A stretch of DNA of 64,000 nucleotides. It comes from Myxococcota bacterium (GTDB lineage: Bacteria; Myxococcota_A; UBA9160; UBA6930). The notes under the pieces were generated by a model. It did not search any database, was not told the DNA's origin, and was given only the letters and a program-made list of their open reading frames with translations. The position numbers and the translations under genes were made by a program. Where the stretch lies: contig OZ245015.1 in assembly GCA_965223705.1 (NCBI GenBank), positions 4,032,001-4,096,000 of the forward strand, in the 5' to 3' direction. Below are positions 19,334-30,290 of the stretch, piece by piece (within the stretch, counting starts at the first letter, position 1; each line of letters starts with the position of its first letter).

Positions 19334-19394
19334 CCTTCTCCGCGTGCCCCGGGTCTCGGGGTAGCCCGAGCGCGGGGAACGGACGAGGTCCCCC

Positions 19395-21068
19395 ATGAGC
19401 TATGAAGTTCTCGCCCGCCGCTGGCGACCGACGCGCTTCGATGAGGTGGTCGGCCAGGCGCACGTGACCACCCCGCTTCGCAACGCCTTGGCGAGCGATC
19501 GCGTCCCCCACGCCATCCTGTTGACCGGCCCGCGCGGAGTCGGCAAGACCACGCTGGCACGAATCCTCGCCCGTTGCCTGAACTGCGACGAAGGCCCCAC
19601 CGACGCGCCGTGCGGCGTGTGCTCCGCCTGCGAAGAAATCGCTGGCGGACGCTCCGTCGACGTCCAAGAAGTCGACGCGGCGAGTCGGACCAGCGTCGAT
19701 GACGTGCGCGAAATCATCGAATCGGTCCGTTACGCGCCGACGCCGGGCAAGACCCGGATCTTCGTCATCGACGAGGTCCACATGCTCTCCACGGCGGCGT
19801 TCAATGCCCTCTTGAAGACGCTCGAGGAGCCGCCGCCCCACAGCTTGTTCGTTCTGGCGACGACGAACGTCGAGAAAATTCCATACACCGTGGTGTCGCG
19901 CTGCCAGCGGTACGACCTGCGTCGGGTCAGCATCGACGAGATCGCCGGGCGGCTCGCCGAAGTCGCCGCCTCCGAGTCGGTGAAGATCTCTGAACCGAGC
20001 TTGCGCGCGGTGGCTCGCGCCGCGGAAGGCTCGCTGCGCGACGCGCTGACGCTCTTCGATCAGCTCCTGGCGGCCGGCGGCGGCGAAGTTTCCGACGATC
20101 GCGTCGCCGAAGTGCTCGACCTCGTCGACCGGTCGTTTCCCCTCGCTGTGATCGAGGCCTGCGTCGATCGCGATGCCGGTGCGGCGCTCCGCGCTTGTCG
20201 ACGCGCGAGCGACGCGGGCATCGACCCGCGGCGCTTTTCCGCCGAGCTGATGAGAAACCTCCGCGATCTGGTCGTGCTGCGGGTGGCGCCGGATGAAGAC
20301 GCACTCATCGAAGCCTCCGAAGATGAACTCGAGAGGCTTCGCCAAGCCGCGAAGCGCGAAGAGCCCCTGCGTTTGCGTCGCATGTTTCGAGCGCTGCTCC
20401 GCGAACAGGAAGATCTGGCGTTCGCACCCGACGCGCAAGCGGTCGTCGACATGGCCGTCGTGCGCCTGGCCATGCTTCCCTCTGGCGACGACGTCGAAAA
20501 ACTCCTCGCGCGCCTCGATGCGTGGGAAGGGGGCGAGCCGCCCGGAGGCAGAGGTGGTCCCGGCGGAGGGTCCGCCGCAAAGGCCGCTCCGGCGAGCGAG
20601 AAGGAACCGCCGACCCGTAAAGCGGCGCGCCCGAAGAAGAACGCCGAGCCCCCGAGCGCGGCCCCGGTCGCGAGTGCACCGAAGGAACAGGTCTTCGATC
20701 GTTTGCGAGAATTCGCGCAGGAGCGCAACCGCGGACTCTTCGCCGGACTCGATCGCGGTGCGCTCCTCGACCACAGCGAGGACGCGCTCCGCATCGCGTT
20801 GCCGGCGGGCATCGCCGCCGAGCGCATCCGCGGCCGCAAAGCGGACCTCGAAGCCGTGTGCACGCAGTTTTTCGATCGGCCGATGCGCGTTGAGCTCGAC
20901 GTCGCGGAGTCCGCGCCGACGCCCGGAAACGGAACCTCGACGTCTGCCGGCGCGCCGGATCTTCGCGAGACGCGAAAGGCCGCGCTCCGTCACAACGCGG
21001 TCAACACGGCGCTCGAGATACTCGAAGCGGAAATTGTCGACATCCGGGCCCTGGGAGAGACGTCATGA
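19395..21068 (+). CDS. dnaX: DNA polymerase III subunit gamma/tau
   Basis: 'LARRWRP', GPRGVGKTT, Zn motif CLNC..PCGVCSAC, 'IDEVHMLS', 'SRCQ'. Confidence 0.96.
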   Translation: MSYEVLARRWRPTRFDEVVGQAHVTTPLRNALASDRVPHAILLTGPRGVGKTTLARILARCLNCDEGPTDAPCGVCSACEEIAGGRSVDVQEVDAASRTSVDDVREIIESVRYAPTPGKTRIFVIDEVHMLSTAAFNALLKTLEEPPPHSLFVLATTNVEKIPYTVVSRCQRYDLRRVSIDEIAGRLAEVAASESVKISEPSLRAVARAAEGSLRDALTLFDQLLAAGGGEVSDDRVAEVLDLVDRSFPLAVIEACVDRDAGAALRACRRASDAGIDPRRFSAELMRNLRDLVVLRVAPDEDALIEASEDELERLRQAAKREEPLRLRRMFRALLREQEDLAFAPDAQAVVDMAVVRLAMLPSGDDVEKLLARLDAWEGGEPPGGRGGPGGGSAAKAAPASEKEPPTRKAARPKKNAEPPSAAPVASAPKEQVFDRLREFAQERNRGLFAGLDRGALLDHSEDALRIALPAGIAAERIRGRKADLEAVCTQFFDRPMRVELDVAESAPTPGNGTSTSAGAPDLRETRKAALRHNAVNTALEILEAEIVDIRALGETS

Positions 21069-21394
21069 GCGGACCCGACCTCGAGCAGATGATGCGCCAA
21101 GCGAAAGACATGCAGAGTGAGCTGGCGCGCTTGCAGAGCGAACTGATGAAGCGGAGCGTGACCGGCAGCGCCGGGGGCGGCATGGTCACCGCGACGGCGA
21201 CGGGCGGCTTGCGCATCCTCGAGATCGAAATCGAGCCCGAGCTCATCGCCGGCGGCGATCGCGCGATGCTGCAAGATCTCGTGGCCGCGGCCGTCAACGC
21301 CGCCATCGCGAACGCGCAGCGCATGGTGCAGGAAGAGATTCAGAAGCACGCGGGCCCCATGGGCGCGCTCCTCGGCGGGCTCGGAAACTCCTGA
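21065..21394 (+). CDS. ybaB: YbaB/EbfC nucleoid-associated protein
   Basis: 'GSAGGGMV', 'MLQDLVAAAVNAA'; located between dnaX and recR. Confidence 0.93.
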   Translation: MSGPDLEQMMRQAKDMQSELARLQSELMKRSVTGSAGGGMVTATATGGLRILEIEIEPELIAGGDRAMLQDLVAAAVNAAIANAQRMVQEEIQKHAGPMGALLGGLGNS

Positions 21395-21996
21395 TGACGG
21401 CGGTCCCGGCGCCGGTCGAACGATTGATCGAGAGCTTGCGGCGACTCCCCGGCATCGGGGAAAAATCCGCGACGCGCTTGGCGTTCTTCCTGCTGTCGGC
21501 GCCCCAGCAATTGGCGGATGAGCTCGCGGGCTCGATCGCTCGCGTGAAGCGAGACGTCGTCTTTTGTGAGATCTGCTTCGACCTGGCCGAGGCGTCGCCC
21601 TGTGCCATCTGCAGTGATCCCAAGCGGGATCCGTCGCTTCTCTGCGTCGTCGAAGAGCCGGCGGACCGCGCCGCCGTCGAACGCAGCGGCTCGTTCCGCG
21701 GGCGCTATCACATTCTGGGCGGCGCCCTTTCGCCGATCGATGGCATCGGCCCCGACGAATTGCGGGTTCGTGAGCTCGAGAGCCGCGCGCGCAGCGAGGA
21801 AATCCGTGAAGTCGTCATCGCGACGAACCCGACCGCCGAGGGCGACGCAACAGCCCACCTGCTCGCGCAGCGTTTGAAAGACTGCGGGGCACGGGTCACG
21901 CGCATTGCGTCCGGAATGCCGATGGGTGGAGATCTCGAGTACGCAGACCAAGTCACCGTAGGCCGCTCCCTACGTTTTCGACGAGAGCTCGATTAG
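21394..21996 (+). CDS. recR: Recombination mediator RecR
   Basis: HhH 'LPGIGEKSA', C4 Zn finger, Toprim 'CVVE', 'ATNPTAEGDAT'. Confidence 0.96.
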   Translation: MTAVPAPVERLIESLRRLPGIGEKSATRLAFFLLSAPQQLADELAGSIARVKRDVVFCEICFDLAEASPCAICSDPKRDPSLLCVVEEPADRAAVERSGSFRGRYHILGGALSPIDGIGPDELRVRELESRARSEEIREVVIATNPTAEGDATAHLLAQRLKDCGARVTRIASGMPMGGDLEYADQVTVGRSLRFRRELD

Positions 21997-22140
21997 CTGC
22001 CGGTTTTCAGGTAGACGCTCAAGGGCGAGCGACTCGAAGCCGATTCAAGGGCGGCGCGTTGCTCTCGCCGCGAGTCGCGGTAGAGTTCCCTCGGGGGCCA
22101 AAAACTCCGAGTTTGTTCAACGGGTTGTAGGGGCGCTTGC

Positions 22141-22656
22141 ATGCTCAACGCTTCGTTGGTGATGCACGAAGAGGATTACCGCCTGGTCTTGGCGGTGATC
22201 CAAAAGCTTGTTCGCGATGCGAGCGCCAAGGGTGTTTTCGTCGTCGACCGCAATGGCCAGCTCATCGCTGAGGCCGGCGAGGTCCAGGGTGTCGACACGA
22301 CGAGTCTGGCGTCGCTCACGGCCGGAAGTGTCGCTGCGACGAGCGGACTCGCGCGGCTGATCGGCGAGGACGACTTCCCGATTCATTTCCACCAGGGGCA
22401 GCGCGACAACCTCCACATCAATATCGTGGCCGGCCGCTTGATCCTCGTGGTCGTCTTTGACGAGAGAAGCTCCCTCGGGTTGGTTCGCCTGCGCGTGAAA
22501 CGCGCGAGCGGAGAACTCGCCCGCGTCTTCGAAGAGATTCGAAAGAAGTCCGAGCTCGGTCAACGACAACGCGGCTCTTCGCAACGCGCTGGGGCACCGC
22601 CGAGCCCGTTTGCCGACATCACCGACGACGATATCGACAACCTCTTCTCCGACTGA
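22141..22656 (+). CDS. mglB: Roadblock/LC7 GTPase-activating protein MglB
   Basis: 'VDRNGQLIA', 'TTSLASLTAG', 'SSLGLVRLRVK', C-terminal 'ITDDDIDNLFSD'. Confidence 0.93.
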   Translation: MLNASLVMHEEDYRLVLAVIQKLVRDASAKGVFVVDRNGQLIAEAGEVQGVDTTSLASLTAGSVAATSGLARLIGEDDFPIHFHQGQRDNLHINIVAGRLILVVVFDERSSLGLVRLRVKRASGELARVFEEIRKKSELGQRQRGSSQRAGAPPSPFADITDDDIDNLFSD

Positions 22657-22662
22657 CCGCCC

Positions 22663-23250
22663 ATGTCCTTCATCAACTATTCGTCGCGCGAGATCAATTG
22701 CAAGATCGTCTACTACGGCCCCGGCTTGTGCGGGAAGACGACGAATTTGCAGTACATCTACAACAAGACGAATCCCGACCTGAAGGGCAAGATGATTTCG
22801 CTGGCGACCGAAACCGAGCGGACGCTGTTCTTCGATTTTCTCCCGTTGGCACTCGGCCAGATCCGCGGCTTCAAAACGCGCTTCCACCTCTACACGGTGC
22901 CCGGCCAGGTGTTCTACGACGCGAGTCGCAAGCTCATCCTGAAAGGCGTCGACGGCGTGATCTTCGTCGCTGACAGTCAGATCGAGCGGATGGAAGCGAA
23001 CGTCGAAAGCCTCGATAACCTGAAAGTCAATCTGCGCGAGCAGGGCCTCGAGCTCTCGCGGCTTCCCTTCGTGATTCAGTACAACAAGCGCGATCTTCCG
23101 AACGCCGCGCCCGTCGACGAGCTCCGCAGGCTGATCAACCCGTGGAAGGTGCCGGACTTCGAAGCCTGCGCACCCAAAGGGTTGGGCGTCTTTGAAACAC
23201 TCAAGGCCGCCGCCAAGGGTGTCCTGAACGACCTGAAAAAGCTGTCCTAA
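22663..23250 (+). CDS. mglA: Small Ras-like GTPase MglA
   Basis: '[29 protein letters not shown]', 'RTLFFDF', 'TVPGQ', 'NKRD'. Confidence 0.97.
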   Translation: MSFINYSSREINCKIVYYGPGLCGKTTNLQYIYNKTNPDLKGKMISLATETERTLFFDFLPLALGQIRGFKTRFHLYTVPGQVFYDASRKLILKGVDGVIFVADSQIERMEANVESLDNLKVNLREQGLELSRLPFVIQYNKRDLPNAAPVDELRRLINPWKVPDFEACAPKGLGVFETLKAAAKGVLNDLKKLS

Positions 23251-23960
23251 CGAGGCCGCGCGCGGACGGCGAGCACCTCGAGGGTTTCAGCCAGCGACGC
23301 TTCTTCCGCCATCGCGCCGCGCAACGCGTGGGCCGACAGCTCTCTCGTCGAAGCGATCAATACGCGGTTGTCCCAGCCGGCAAGGGACAGGGTGAGGATC
23401 CGCGGGAAGTGGCGCCCGAGCGCGCGCGACTGGGACGACGCCTCGTCGAGTGCGTTGGAAACGATCACTCCGCCCGGCCGCAACCTCCCCTTCGCGAGCG
23501 AATAGCCCGGTTCGGGAAGCCAGGCGGGCTTGCGAAGCGCTCGTCCCCGACCGACGAAAACGTCTTCGACAATGAGGTCGAAACGGCGGCGTGTCTTCGC
23601 CAGATAGGCGAGCGCGTCCTCGACGACGATCTCGAGGGGTAGCTGGTCGAGGCCGAAGTGGCGCTTCGCAGCGGCAACCACGTCGGGATCGATCTCGACA
23701 CCGACGAATTCCGCGCGGGGACGCAGCGCGAGGATGCCGCGCACGACGCTGCCGCCGGCGAGCCCGAGTACCAGAACTTTCGGTTTCTGTGCGGCCAGGG
23801 TGAGGACTCCGCTCGCCATCGCCTGCCACACCGGGCCGCTCTCGCCGCGCGGTCCGTAGGCTGACGCAAAGGTGCCGTCGATGCGGAGCTCGCGGCGCTT
23901 GCCGCGCGTTCGCACCGATACGCGCGGCCGCGGGGAACCAGCTCGGTACACTGCGCTCAT
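23247..23960 (-). CDS. Spermidine-synthase-like SAM-dependent methyltransferase
   Basis: '[10 protein letters not shown]', 'GVEIDPDVV', 'EDALAYL', 'FDLIVEDVF', 'LRPGGV'; start uncertain. Confidence 0.75.
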   Translation of the reverse strand: MSAVYRAGSPRPRVSVRTRGKRRELRIDGTFASAYGPRGESGPVWQAMASGVLTLAAQKPKVLVLGLAGGSVVRGILALRPRAEFVGVEIDPDVVAAAKRHFGLDQLPLEIVVEDALAYLAKTRRRFDLIVEDVFVGRGRALRKPAWLPEPGYSLAKGRLRPGGVIVSNALDEASSQSRALGRHFPRILTLSLAGWDNRVLIASTRELSAHALRGAMAEEASLAETLEVLAVRARPR

Positions 23961-26397
23961 GTCGGCCGACCTGTTCGCAGCTCCTGCGTCTGTTCTCGCA
24001 CGCGTCGCTCTCCCGTTGCCCGTGAATGAGCTGTTCGACTATGCCGTTCCCGACGCGCTCGCGCAGGAGATTGCGCCCGGCGTTCGCGTCCGGGTCGACA
24101 ACGGCCGTCGAAGCCTCGTCGGCGTGGTGGTCGAACGTAGCGAGGGCGCGCCATCGGGGCTCCGCCCGATCGCCGAAGTCTTGGACGCCGAACCCGTGCT
24201 GCTGCCCGGCCTGCTCTCGGTCATCCGCGAGGCGGCGGACGAACTCCTCTGCCCGCTGGGTATCGCCCTCGCGACCGCGCTCCCATCGGGAAGCGCGCCG
24301 CGGAGAGCCGCCGGCGTCGTGCAAACCACGCGGGGTGCGAGTGCGGCATCGAGCGGCGCCGCAACTGGCGAACTGTTGGCGTTACTCCGCGCCTGCGAAA
24401 CCGCCGCAGCCGAAGCGCGGATCCGCCGTGCGCACGGCGATCGACTGACGGACACCGCGCTGCGCGAGCGGCTCCTCCGACGCGTCGCGATCGAACAAGG
24501 GCCGAGTGCGCGTTCCCGGACCGTCGACTATGCCGCCCTCGCGCCGGGGATCGACCGAGCTGCCGCGGAGCAGGCCCTCGCCCGTGCACCACGGCAGCTC
24601 GCGGTCCTGACGCGCCTCGCCGACGAAGGCTCCGTGCCCGCGCGCGCGATTCGGGAAGACGCCGCCGACGGTCGCGCGCTCCGCGAGTTGGTACAGCGCG
24701 GTTGGGTCGCGCTCGAGGAACGCGCAGCGCCCCGGGATGTGTTGGGCCTGGCGCCCCAGCGCGATACACCGCCAAGACTCACCCCCGCGCAAGACACGGC
24801 CGTCGACGCGCTGGTCGATGCGGTTTCGCGGCGCGCGCCGGAAACGTTCCTTCTCCACGGCGTCACGGGCAGTGGCAAGACCGAGGTGTATCTGCGCGCG
24901 ATCGCCGCAGCCCGCGAAGCGGGTCGACAAGCGCTGGTGCTGGTCCCCGAAATCACGTTGACCCATCAGCTCGTTCAGCGTTTGCGCGCGCGCTTCGGCG
25001 ACGATCTCGCCGTCCTTCACAGCGGACTTTCGGCGAGCGAACGCCTCGAACAGTGGGAGCAACTGCGTTCGGGTGCGGCGGCGGTCGCTGTCGGTGCGCG
25101 CTCGGCTCTCTTTGCCCCGCTTTCCGATCTCGGTCTCATCGTGATCGATGAGGAACACGACAGCGCGTACAAGAACGGCGAAGGCTTTCGCTACCACGCG
25201 CGCGAGCTCGCGGCGCTCCGCGCGAAGACCGAAGGCTGCCCGCTCGTTCTCGGCTCGGCGACGCCGGCGCTCGAAACGCGCTACGCCGCGACGTGCGGTG
25301 ACATCACGCGGCTGGTCCTCCCCCACCGCGTCGCGGGACGACCGCTCCCCGCAGTGACCTTGGTCGACCTGGTGCGCGAGCGCGCCTCCCTGCCCCGCGG
25401 CCGCAAGCTCATCCTTTCGAACGCGCTGGCCCGCGGAATGCGCGAGGTCTTCGACGACGGCGGCCAGACGATCCTGTTTCTCAACCGGCGGGGATTCGCG
25501 ACCCAGATCGCGTGCTTCTCTTGCGGCCACGTCGAGAGCTGCAAGGACTGCGACATCTCCCTCGTCTACCACGCGGGTGCCGAGCGACTCCGTTGCCACT
25601 ATTGCGACTACCAACGCGAACCGTCGGACACCTGCAGCGTGTGCGGCGAAGCGGACGGAGCGCTCTTGGGGCTCGGGACCCAGCGCGTCGAAGAAGCCGT
25701 TCGCGAGGCGCTGCCCGGTGCGCGCGTCGCCCGACTCGATCGCGATGTCGCGGTGCGACGGGGCGCCACCGAGAACGTGCTCGCCGATCTGCGCGACCAC
25801 CGCGTCGATGTGCTCGTCGGAACGCAGATGGTCGCCAAGGGGCACGACTTTCCGGGCGTCCGCCTCGTGGGCGTGATCCATGCCGATCAAGCCCTCCACT
25901 TCCCCGACTTCCGCGCCGCGGAGCGCTGCTTTGCGCTGCTCGCCCAGGTTGCGGGCCGCGCGGGGCGGGGGCGCGAACCGGGGCGCGTCCTGATCCAGAC
26001 GTACGCGCCCGATCACTATGCGCTCGAATCCGTGGTGGGCCACGACTACGAGGCGTTCTTCCGGCGCGAGCTCGAAGCGCGCCGCGAGCTCGGCTATCCG
26101 CCCTTCGGCCACCTCGCTCACATCGTCGTCTCGGCACCGGAGCTCGCCGAGACCGAAGAGGCGGCGACCTCACTGGCGAAGGTGGCGCGAACCTTCTGTG
26201 ACGACGGTGCGAACGTGCTCGGCCCGGCTCCGGCACCGCTCGCACGGTTGCGCGGTCGGCACCGCGTACAGCTTCTGCTCAAGGCGTCGACCCGGGAGCG
26301 GCTTCGCGACGTGGCGTCGAAGCTCCTGCCGGCGATGCGCGACTTCCGCGGTTCTGTGCGCTGCACCCTCGACTTGCGCCCGGTCGATATGCTCTAA
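23959..26397 (+). CDS. priA: Primosomal protein N'
   Basis: 'HGVTGSGKTEVY', 'DEEHD', 'LGSATP', two CxxC pairs, 'GTQMVAKGHDFP', 'QVAGRAGR'. Confidence 0.96.
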   Translation: MSADLFAAPASVLARVALPLPVNELFDYAVPDALAQEIAPGVRVRVDNGRRSLVGVVVERSEGAPSGLRPIAEVLDAEPVLLPGLLSVIREAADELLCPLGIALATALPSGSAPRRAAGVVQTTRGASAASSGAATGELLALLRACETAAAEARIRRAHGDRLTDTALRERLLRRVAIEQGPSARSRTVDYAALAPGIDRAAAEQALARAPRQLAVLTRLADEGSVPARAIREDAADGRALRELVQRGWVALEERAAPRDVLGLAPQRDTPPRLTPAQDTAVDALVDAVSRRAPETFLLHGVTGSGKTEVYLRAIAAAREAGRQALVLVPEITLTHQLVQRLRARFGDDLAVLHSGLSASERLEQWEQLRSGAAAVAVGARSALFAPLSDLGLIVIDEEHDSAYKNGEGFRYHARELAALRAKTEGCPLVLGSATPALETRYAATCGDITRLVLPHRVAGRPLPAVTLVDLVRERASLPRGRKLILSNALARGMREVFDDGGQTILFLNRRGFATQIACFSCGHVESCKDCDISLVYHAGAERLRCHYCDYQREPSDTCSVCGEADGALLGLGTQRVEEAVREALPGARVARLDRDVAVRRGATENVLADLRDHRVDVLVGTQMVAKGHDFPGVRLVGVIHADQALHFPDFRAAERCFALLAQVAGRAGRGREPGRVLIQTYAPDHYALESVVGHDYEAFFRRELEARRELGYPPFGHLAHIVVSAPELAETEEAATSLAKVARTFCDDGANVLGPAPAPLARLRGRHRVQLLLKASTRERLRDVASKLLPAMRDFRGSVRCTLDLRPVDML

Positions 26398-26429
26398 CGA
26401 CGGGGCGTTCCATTCCCTATGCTCGCCGC

Positions 26430-26966
26430 GTGCCTCTCCGAGAAGTTCTCCAGTTCCCCGATCCTCGCCTCAAGCGAATTTCCAAACCGGTCGAGTCGGT
26501 CGATCAGGCGTTGCGCGACCTCGCTCGCGACATGACGGAAGTCATGTACGACGAGCCGGGCATCGGTCTCGCCGCACCGCAGGTGGGCGAAGCCGTCCGC
26601 ATGATCGTGCTCGACACCGAATGGACCGAAGACGGCGCGTCGCGCGATCCGCTCGTCGTCATCAACCCGGAGATCGTCTCCCGAGAGGGCAAAATTGTCT
26701 GGACCGAGGGGTGCTTGTCCGTCCCGGATTTCACGGCGGACGTCGAGCGTTCCGAACGCGTGCAGGTCCGCGGCCAGACACTCGACGGCGATCCGCTAGA
26801 AGAAGAAGCCGAAGGCCTACGCGCCGTGTGTTTCCAGCACGAGATCGATCATTTGGACGGCACCTTGTTCATCGACCGCATCAGCCGTCTGAAGCGAAGC
26901 CTCTACGTCAAACGCCGCAAGAAAGCGATCCGCCTGGGCGATGAAGGGCGGAGCTCCACCGGCTAG
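26430..26966 (+). CDS. def: Peptide deformylase
   Basis: GIGLAAPQVG, EGCLSVP, QHEIDHLDG. Confidence 0.97.
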   Translation: MPLREVLQFPDPRLKRISKPVESVDQALRDLARDMTEVMYDEPGIGLAAPQVGEAVRMIVLDTEWTEDGASRDPLVVINPEIVSREGKIVWTEGCLSVPDFTADVERSERVQVRGQTLDGDPLEEEAEGLRAVCFQHEIDHLDGTLFIDRISRLKRSLYVKRRKKAIRLGDEGRSSTG

Positions 26967-26975
26967 GAGCCGGCT

Positions 26976-27974
26976 GTGCGCGTTCTCTTTTTCGGGACCC
27001 CGGATTTCGCTGTGCCGACGCTGCGCGCGCTCATCGAGAGCTGCCACACCGTCTGCGGGGTGGTCTGCCAGCCCGATCGCCGAAGGGGACGCGGAAGACG
27101 CACTTCCCCCGCTCCGGTAGCGGAGCTTGCGCTGGCCGAGGGTCTGCCGCTCTTCCGCCCGGAGAAAGTCGGCGCCGCCGATTCCGTCGCAACCCTGCAC
27201 GAGACAGCGCCGGAAATCGGCGTGGTCGTCGCCTTCGGCCAGTTCTTGACGAAACGCGTTCGCGAGCTCCCCTCGTGCGGCTACTTGATCAACGGACACG
27301 CGAGCCTGCTGCCGAAATACCGCGGCGCCGCGCCGATCGTCCACGCGATTCTCGACGGCGAGGTGGAAACGGGTGTCTCGGTCATGCGCGTCGAACGCGA
27401 GATGGACGCCGGTCCTGTCCTCCTCACCGAGCGCACCGAAATCCGACCGGACGACACCGCCGAAACCCTCACCGGCCGTGTGGCAACGCTCACGGCGCAC
27501 GCCATCGTCGCCGGCCTCGAAGCCATCGAAAACGGACTCGCGACTTTTGTCCCGCAAGATCACTCTCGCGCGACCGCTGCCCCGAAAATCACACGCGAGG
27601 ATGCGGAGCTCGATTTCTCCGAGCCGGCGCGCGCACTCGAGTGTCGGGTGCGCGCGATGTCACCGTCGCCCGGAGCGTATTGCGAAGGACCCGACGGTCC
27701 CTTGCGTATCCTGGCAGCGAGGGCGAGTGATGACACCGTCGACTGCCCGCCCGGCACGGTGCGCTCCTCTCCCGATGTGCCGATCGCCGTAGCGACCGCG
27801 TCGGGCTGGCTCCTTCCCGACATCCTGCAACGTCCGGGCGGCAAGGCGCTCGCGGTCGATGCGTTCTTGCGCGGACATCCGATTTCCGACGGTGTACGAC
27901 TCAATCCGGTGGGCAGCGCTGCTAGACTTTCACAGCGTTCGAGTCGAGAAGCGGACGCTTCGGGGGGCTCGTGA
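26976..27974 (+). CDS. fmt: Methionyl-tRNA formyltransferase
   Basis: 'FFGTPDFA', 'NGHASLLPKYRGAAPI', 'MDAGP'; follows def. Confidence 0.96.
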   Translation: MRVLFFGTPDFAVPTLRALIESCHTVCGVVCQPDRRRGRGRRTSPAPVAELALAEGLPLFRPEKVGAADSVATLHETAPEIGVVVAFGQFLTKRVRELPSCGYLINGHASLLPKYRGAAPIVHAILDGEVETGVSVMRVEREMDAGPVLLTERTEIRPDDTAETLTGRVATLTAHAIVAGLEAIENGLATFVPQDHSRATAAPKITREDAELDFSEPARALECRVRAMSPSPGAYCEGPDGPLRILAARASDDTVDCPPGTVRSSPDVPIAVATASGWLLPDILQRPGGKALAVDAFLRGHPISDGVRLNPVGSAARLSQRSSREADASGGS

Positions 27975-29419
27975 GCCAAAACGGTGAGATCAAGAGCACG
28001 GCTGCGAAGCGCCGTCGGCATCCGCCGCGTTGGGCGCCGGCCCGTGAGCGGCCCATGTTGCGGCCGACCCGGGCGCGTCTTCTCGCTCTGCGGGTACTCG
28101 AACGCGTGACGCGCGGCGGCGCATACGCCGATCTCGCGCTCTCCGGTGCCCTGGCTCGCAGCGGCCTCGCCCCCGAGGATCGGGCGCTCGCGACCGAGCT
28201 CCTCTACGGAACGCTTCGCTGGCGCGGCCGTATCGATTATCTACTCGGGCGCGTGCTCGACCGCGATCTCGAGAAAGTCGAACCCGTCGTGCAATCGATC
28301 CTGCGAATCGGCGCCTACCAGATCGCGCTGATGGATCACATCCCGGCCGCGATCGCCGTCGATCAAATGGTGCGCTGCGCGCGAGCGTCCGGTGCCGCGC
28401 GGGCGTCCGGGTTCGTAAACGGCGTCCTGCGTCGACTCGTGCGAGAGTGCGACACCTTGATCCCGCCGGGCTTGACGACCGATCCTCTCTCTCACCTGGT
28501 TCACGCCTTGTCGCTTCCCGAATGGCTCGCCGAACGGTGGCTACAGCGGTTCGGTCCCGAGGAAGCCGCGGCGCTCGCGAGCGCGTGCAACGAACGCCCG
28601 CCGACGACCCTGCGGGCGAATCCGCGGCGGACCAACCGGGAAGAGCTGGCCGCGGCACTTCGCGACCGGTATCCGGCCGTCGAGGCGTGCGAGGTCTCGA
28701 CCCTGGGGTTGCGCCTCGGCAAACCGATTCACGCCGGGCAGGAGGCCACGTTTCGCGACGGCCTGTGGAGCATTCAAGACGAGGCGTCTCAAGCGGTGAT
28801 CGATCTGCTCGATCCGCAACCGGGCGAGCGGGTGCTCGACACGTGTGCGGCGCCCGGAACGAAAGCGAACGCGATCGCAGAGCGCGTCGGCGAGGCGGGG
28901 TTCGTGCTCGCCACCGATCGGCACGAGCGGCGCCTCTCCCTCGTCGGGCGCGAGTCGCGTCGCTTGGGCCTCGCGAACGTGCGCACCCGTTGCCTCGATG
29001 CTTCGGCCGAGCTCGAGCAGCTGCGCGATCGACATACCGAGGCCTTCGACCGGGTCCTGGTCGATGCGCCGTGCTCGGGTCTCGGCACGCTGCGCCGCAA
29101 CCCCGACGCGCGCTGGCGCGTACGGCCCGACGATCCGGAACGACTCGCGGAAACCCAGCGCAAGCTCCTCGAGCGCGCGCTGCCTTGGGTGCGCCCAGGT
29201 GGCGCGCTGGTCTACAGCGTCTGCACGTTCGAGCCCGAAGAATGCGACGAAGTGGTCGCGGACTTCACGGCCGCGCATGAAGGCGTGCGCGTGCTCCCGA
29301 AAGAAGAACTGCCCCGCTCCCTCACACCGTGGCTCGACGACGCGGGCTACCTCCGCTCCTTCCCTCACCGCGGCGGCGGCGACGGTTTCTTCGCGGTGCG
29401 TTTCGAGGTCTCGTCTTGA
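27971..29419 (+). CDS. rsmB: 16S rRNA m5C967 methyltransferase
   Basis: NusB-like N-terminus, 'DTCAAPGTK', 'DAPCSGLG', '[10 protein letters not shown]', 'DGFF'. Confidence 0.93.
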   Translation: MSQNGEIKSTAAKRRRHPPRWAPARERPMLRPTRARLLALRVLERVTRGGAYADLALSGALARSGLAPEDRALATELLYGTLRWRGRIDYLLGRVLDRDLEKVEPVVQSILRIGAYQIALMDHIPAAIAVDQMVRCARASGAARASGFVNGVLRRLVRECDTLIPPGLTTDPLSHLVHALSLPEWLAERWLQRFGPEEAAALASACNERPPTTLRANPRRTNREELAAALRDRYPAVEACEVSTLGLRLGKPIHAGQEATFRDGLWSIQDEASQAVIDLLDPQPGERVLDTCAAPGTKANAIAERVGEAGFVLATDRHERRLSLVGRESRRLGLANVRTRCLDASAELEQLRDRHTEAFDRVLVDAPCSGLGTLRRNPDARWRVRPDDPERLAETQRKLLERALPWVRPGGALVYSVCTFEPEECDEVVADFTAAHEGVRVLPKEELPRSLTPWLDDAGYLRSFPHRGGGDGFFAVRFEVSS

Positions 29420-30108
29420 GCCGCAACATCAAAATCGCTCCCTCGATCCTCGCCGCAAATTTCGCGGCGCTGGGCGAAGAGATCGCCGCCATCGAAGCCG
29501 CGGGTGCCGACTGGGTGCACGTCGATGTCATGGATGGGCACTTCGTGCCGAACTTGACCCTCGGACCGCCGATCCTCGAGGCCGTACGGCGCAGCACCCG
29601 GTTGCCGCTCGACGTCCACTTGATGATCGAAGAACCCGAGCGCTCGATCGAGGCGTACGCCCGAGCGGGCGCCGACACCATCGGCGTCCACATCGAGACC
29701 TGCCCGCATATCCACCGCACCGTCCATCAAATTCGCGAAGCCGGCGCGCGCGCTTCGGTCACCCTGAACCCCGGCACGCCGCCGGAAAGCGTGCTGCCCG
29801 TCCTTCCCGAAGTCGATCAGGTCCTCGTCATGACGGTGAATCCCGGCTTCGGCGGACAGAAGTTCATCGAGGCCTGCCTCGAGAAAATCGCCACTCTCAG
29901 GCGCTGGATCGTCGAACGGGATCTGGACGTCGATCTCGAAGTCGACGGCGGCATCGGCGCCGGCACGGCGGGCCGGGCGGCCCGAGCCGGCGCAAACGCC
30001 TTTGTGGCCGGAACGGCGGTCTTTGGAAGCCCCTCCTATCAAGAAGCGATCGCCGGCCTCCGAGAAGAAGCTCGAGGGGCCCGAGAAGCCTCCTCCGTCC
30101 CCGGTTGA
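29416..30108 (+). CDS. rpe: Ribulose-phosphate 3-epimerase
   Basis: 'IAPSIL', '[14 protein letters not shown]', '[10 protein letters not shown]', 'VDGG'. TTG start overlaps rsmB TGA. Confidence 0.96.
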   Translation: MSRNIKIAPSILAANFAALGEEIAAIEAAGADWVHVDVMDGHFVPNLTLGPPILEAVRRSTRLPLDVHLMIEEPERSIEAYARAGADTIGVHIETCPHIHRTVHQIREAGARASVTLNPGTPPESVLPVLPEVDQVLVMTVNPGFGGQKFIEACLEKIATLRRWIVERDLDVDLEVDGGIGAGTAGRAARAGANAFVAGTAVFGSPSYQEAIAGLREEARGAREASSVPG

Positions 30109-30151
30109 GGGGAGCCCGCAAACTAGGCATATTCGCGGGCTCAGGAAGTGT

Positions 30152-30228
<77 letters not shown>

Positions 30229-30290
30229 TTTCCGCTCCTTGAGATTCTCGCCAAGAGTCGGAATGGCATGGCCTCGCGTAGAATGGGGCG

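Noticed and set aside
22019..22046. Sigma-28-like promoter (TCAAG...GCCGAT) upstream of mglB
   Set aside because: Spacing is one base off consensus and both boxes are imperfect; it cannot be supported alone.
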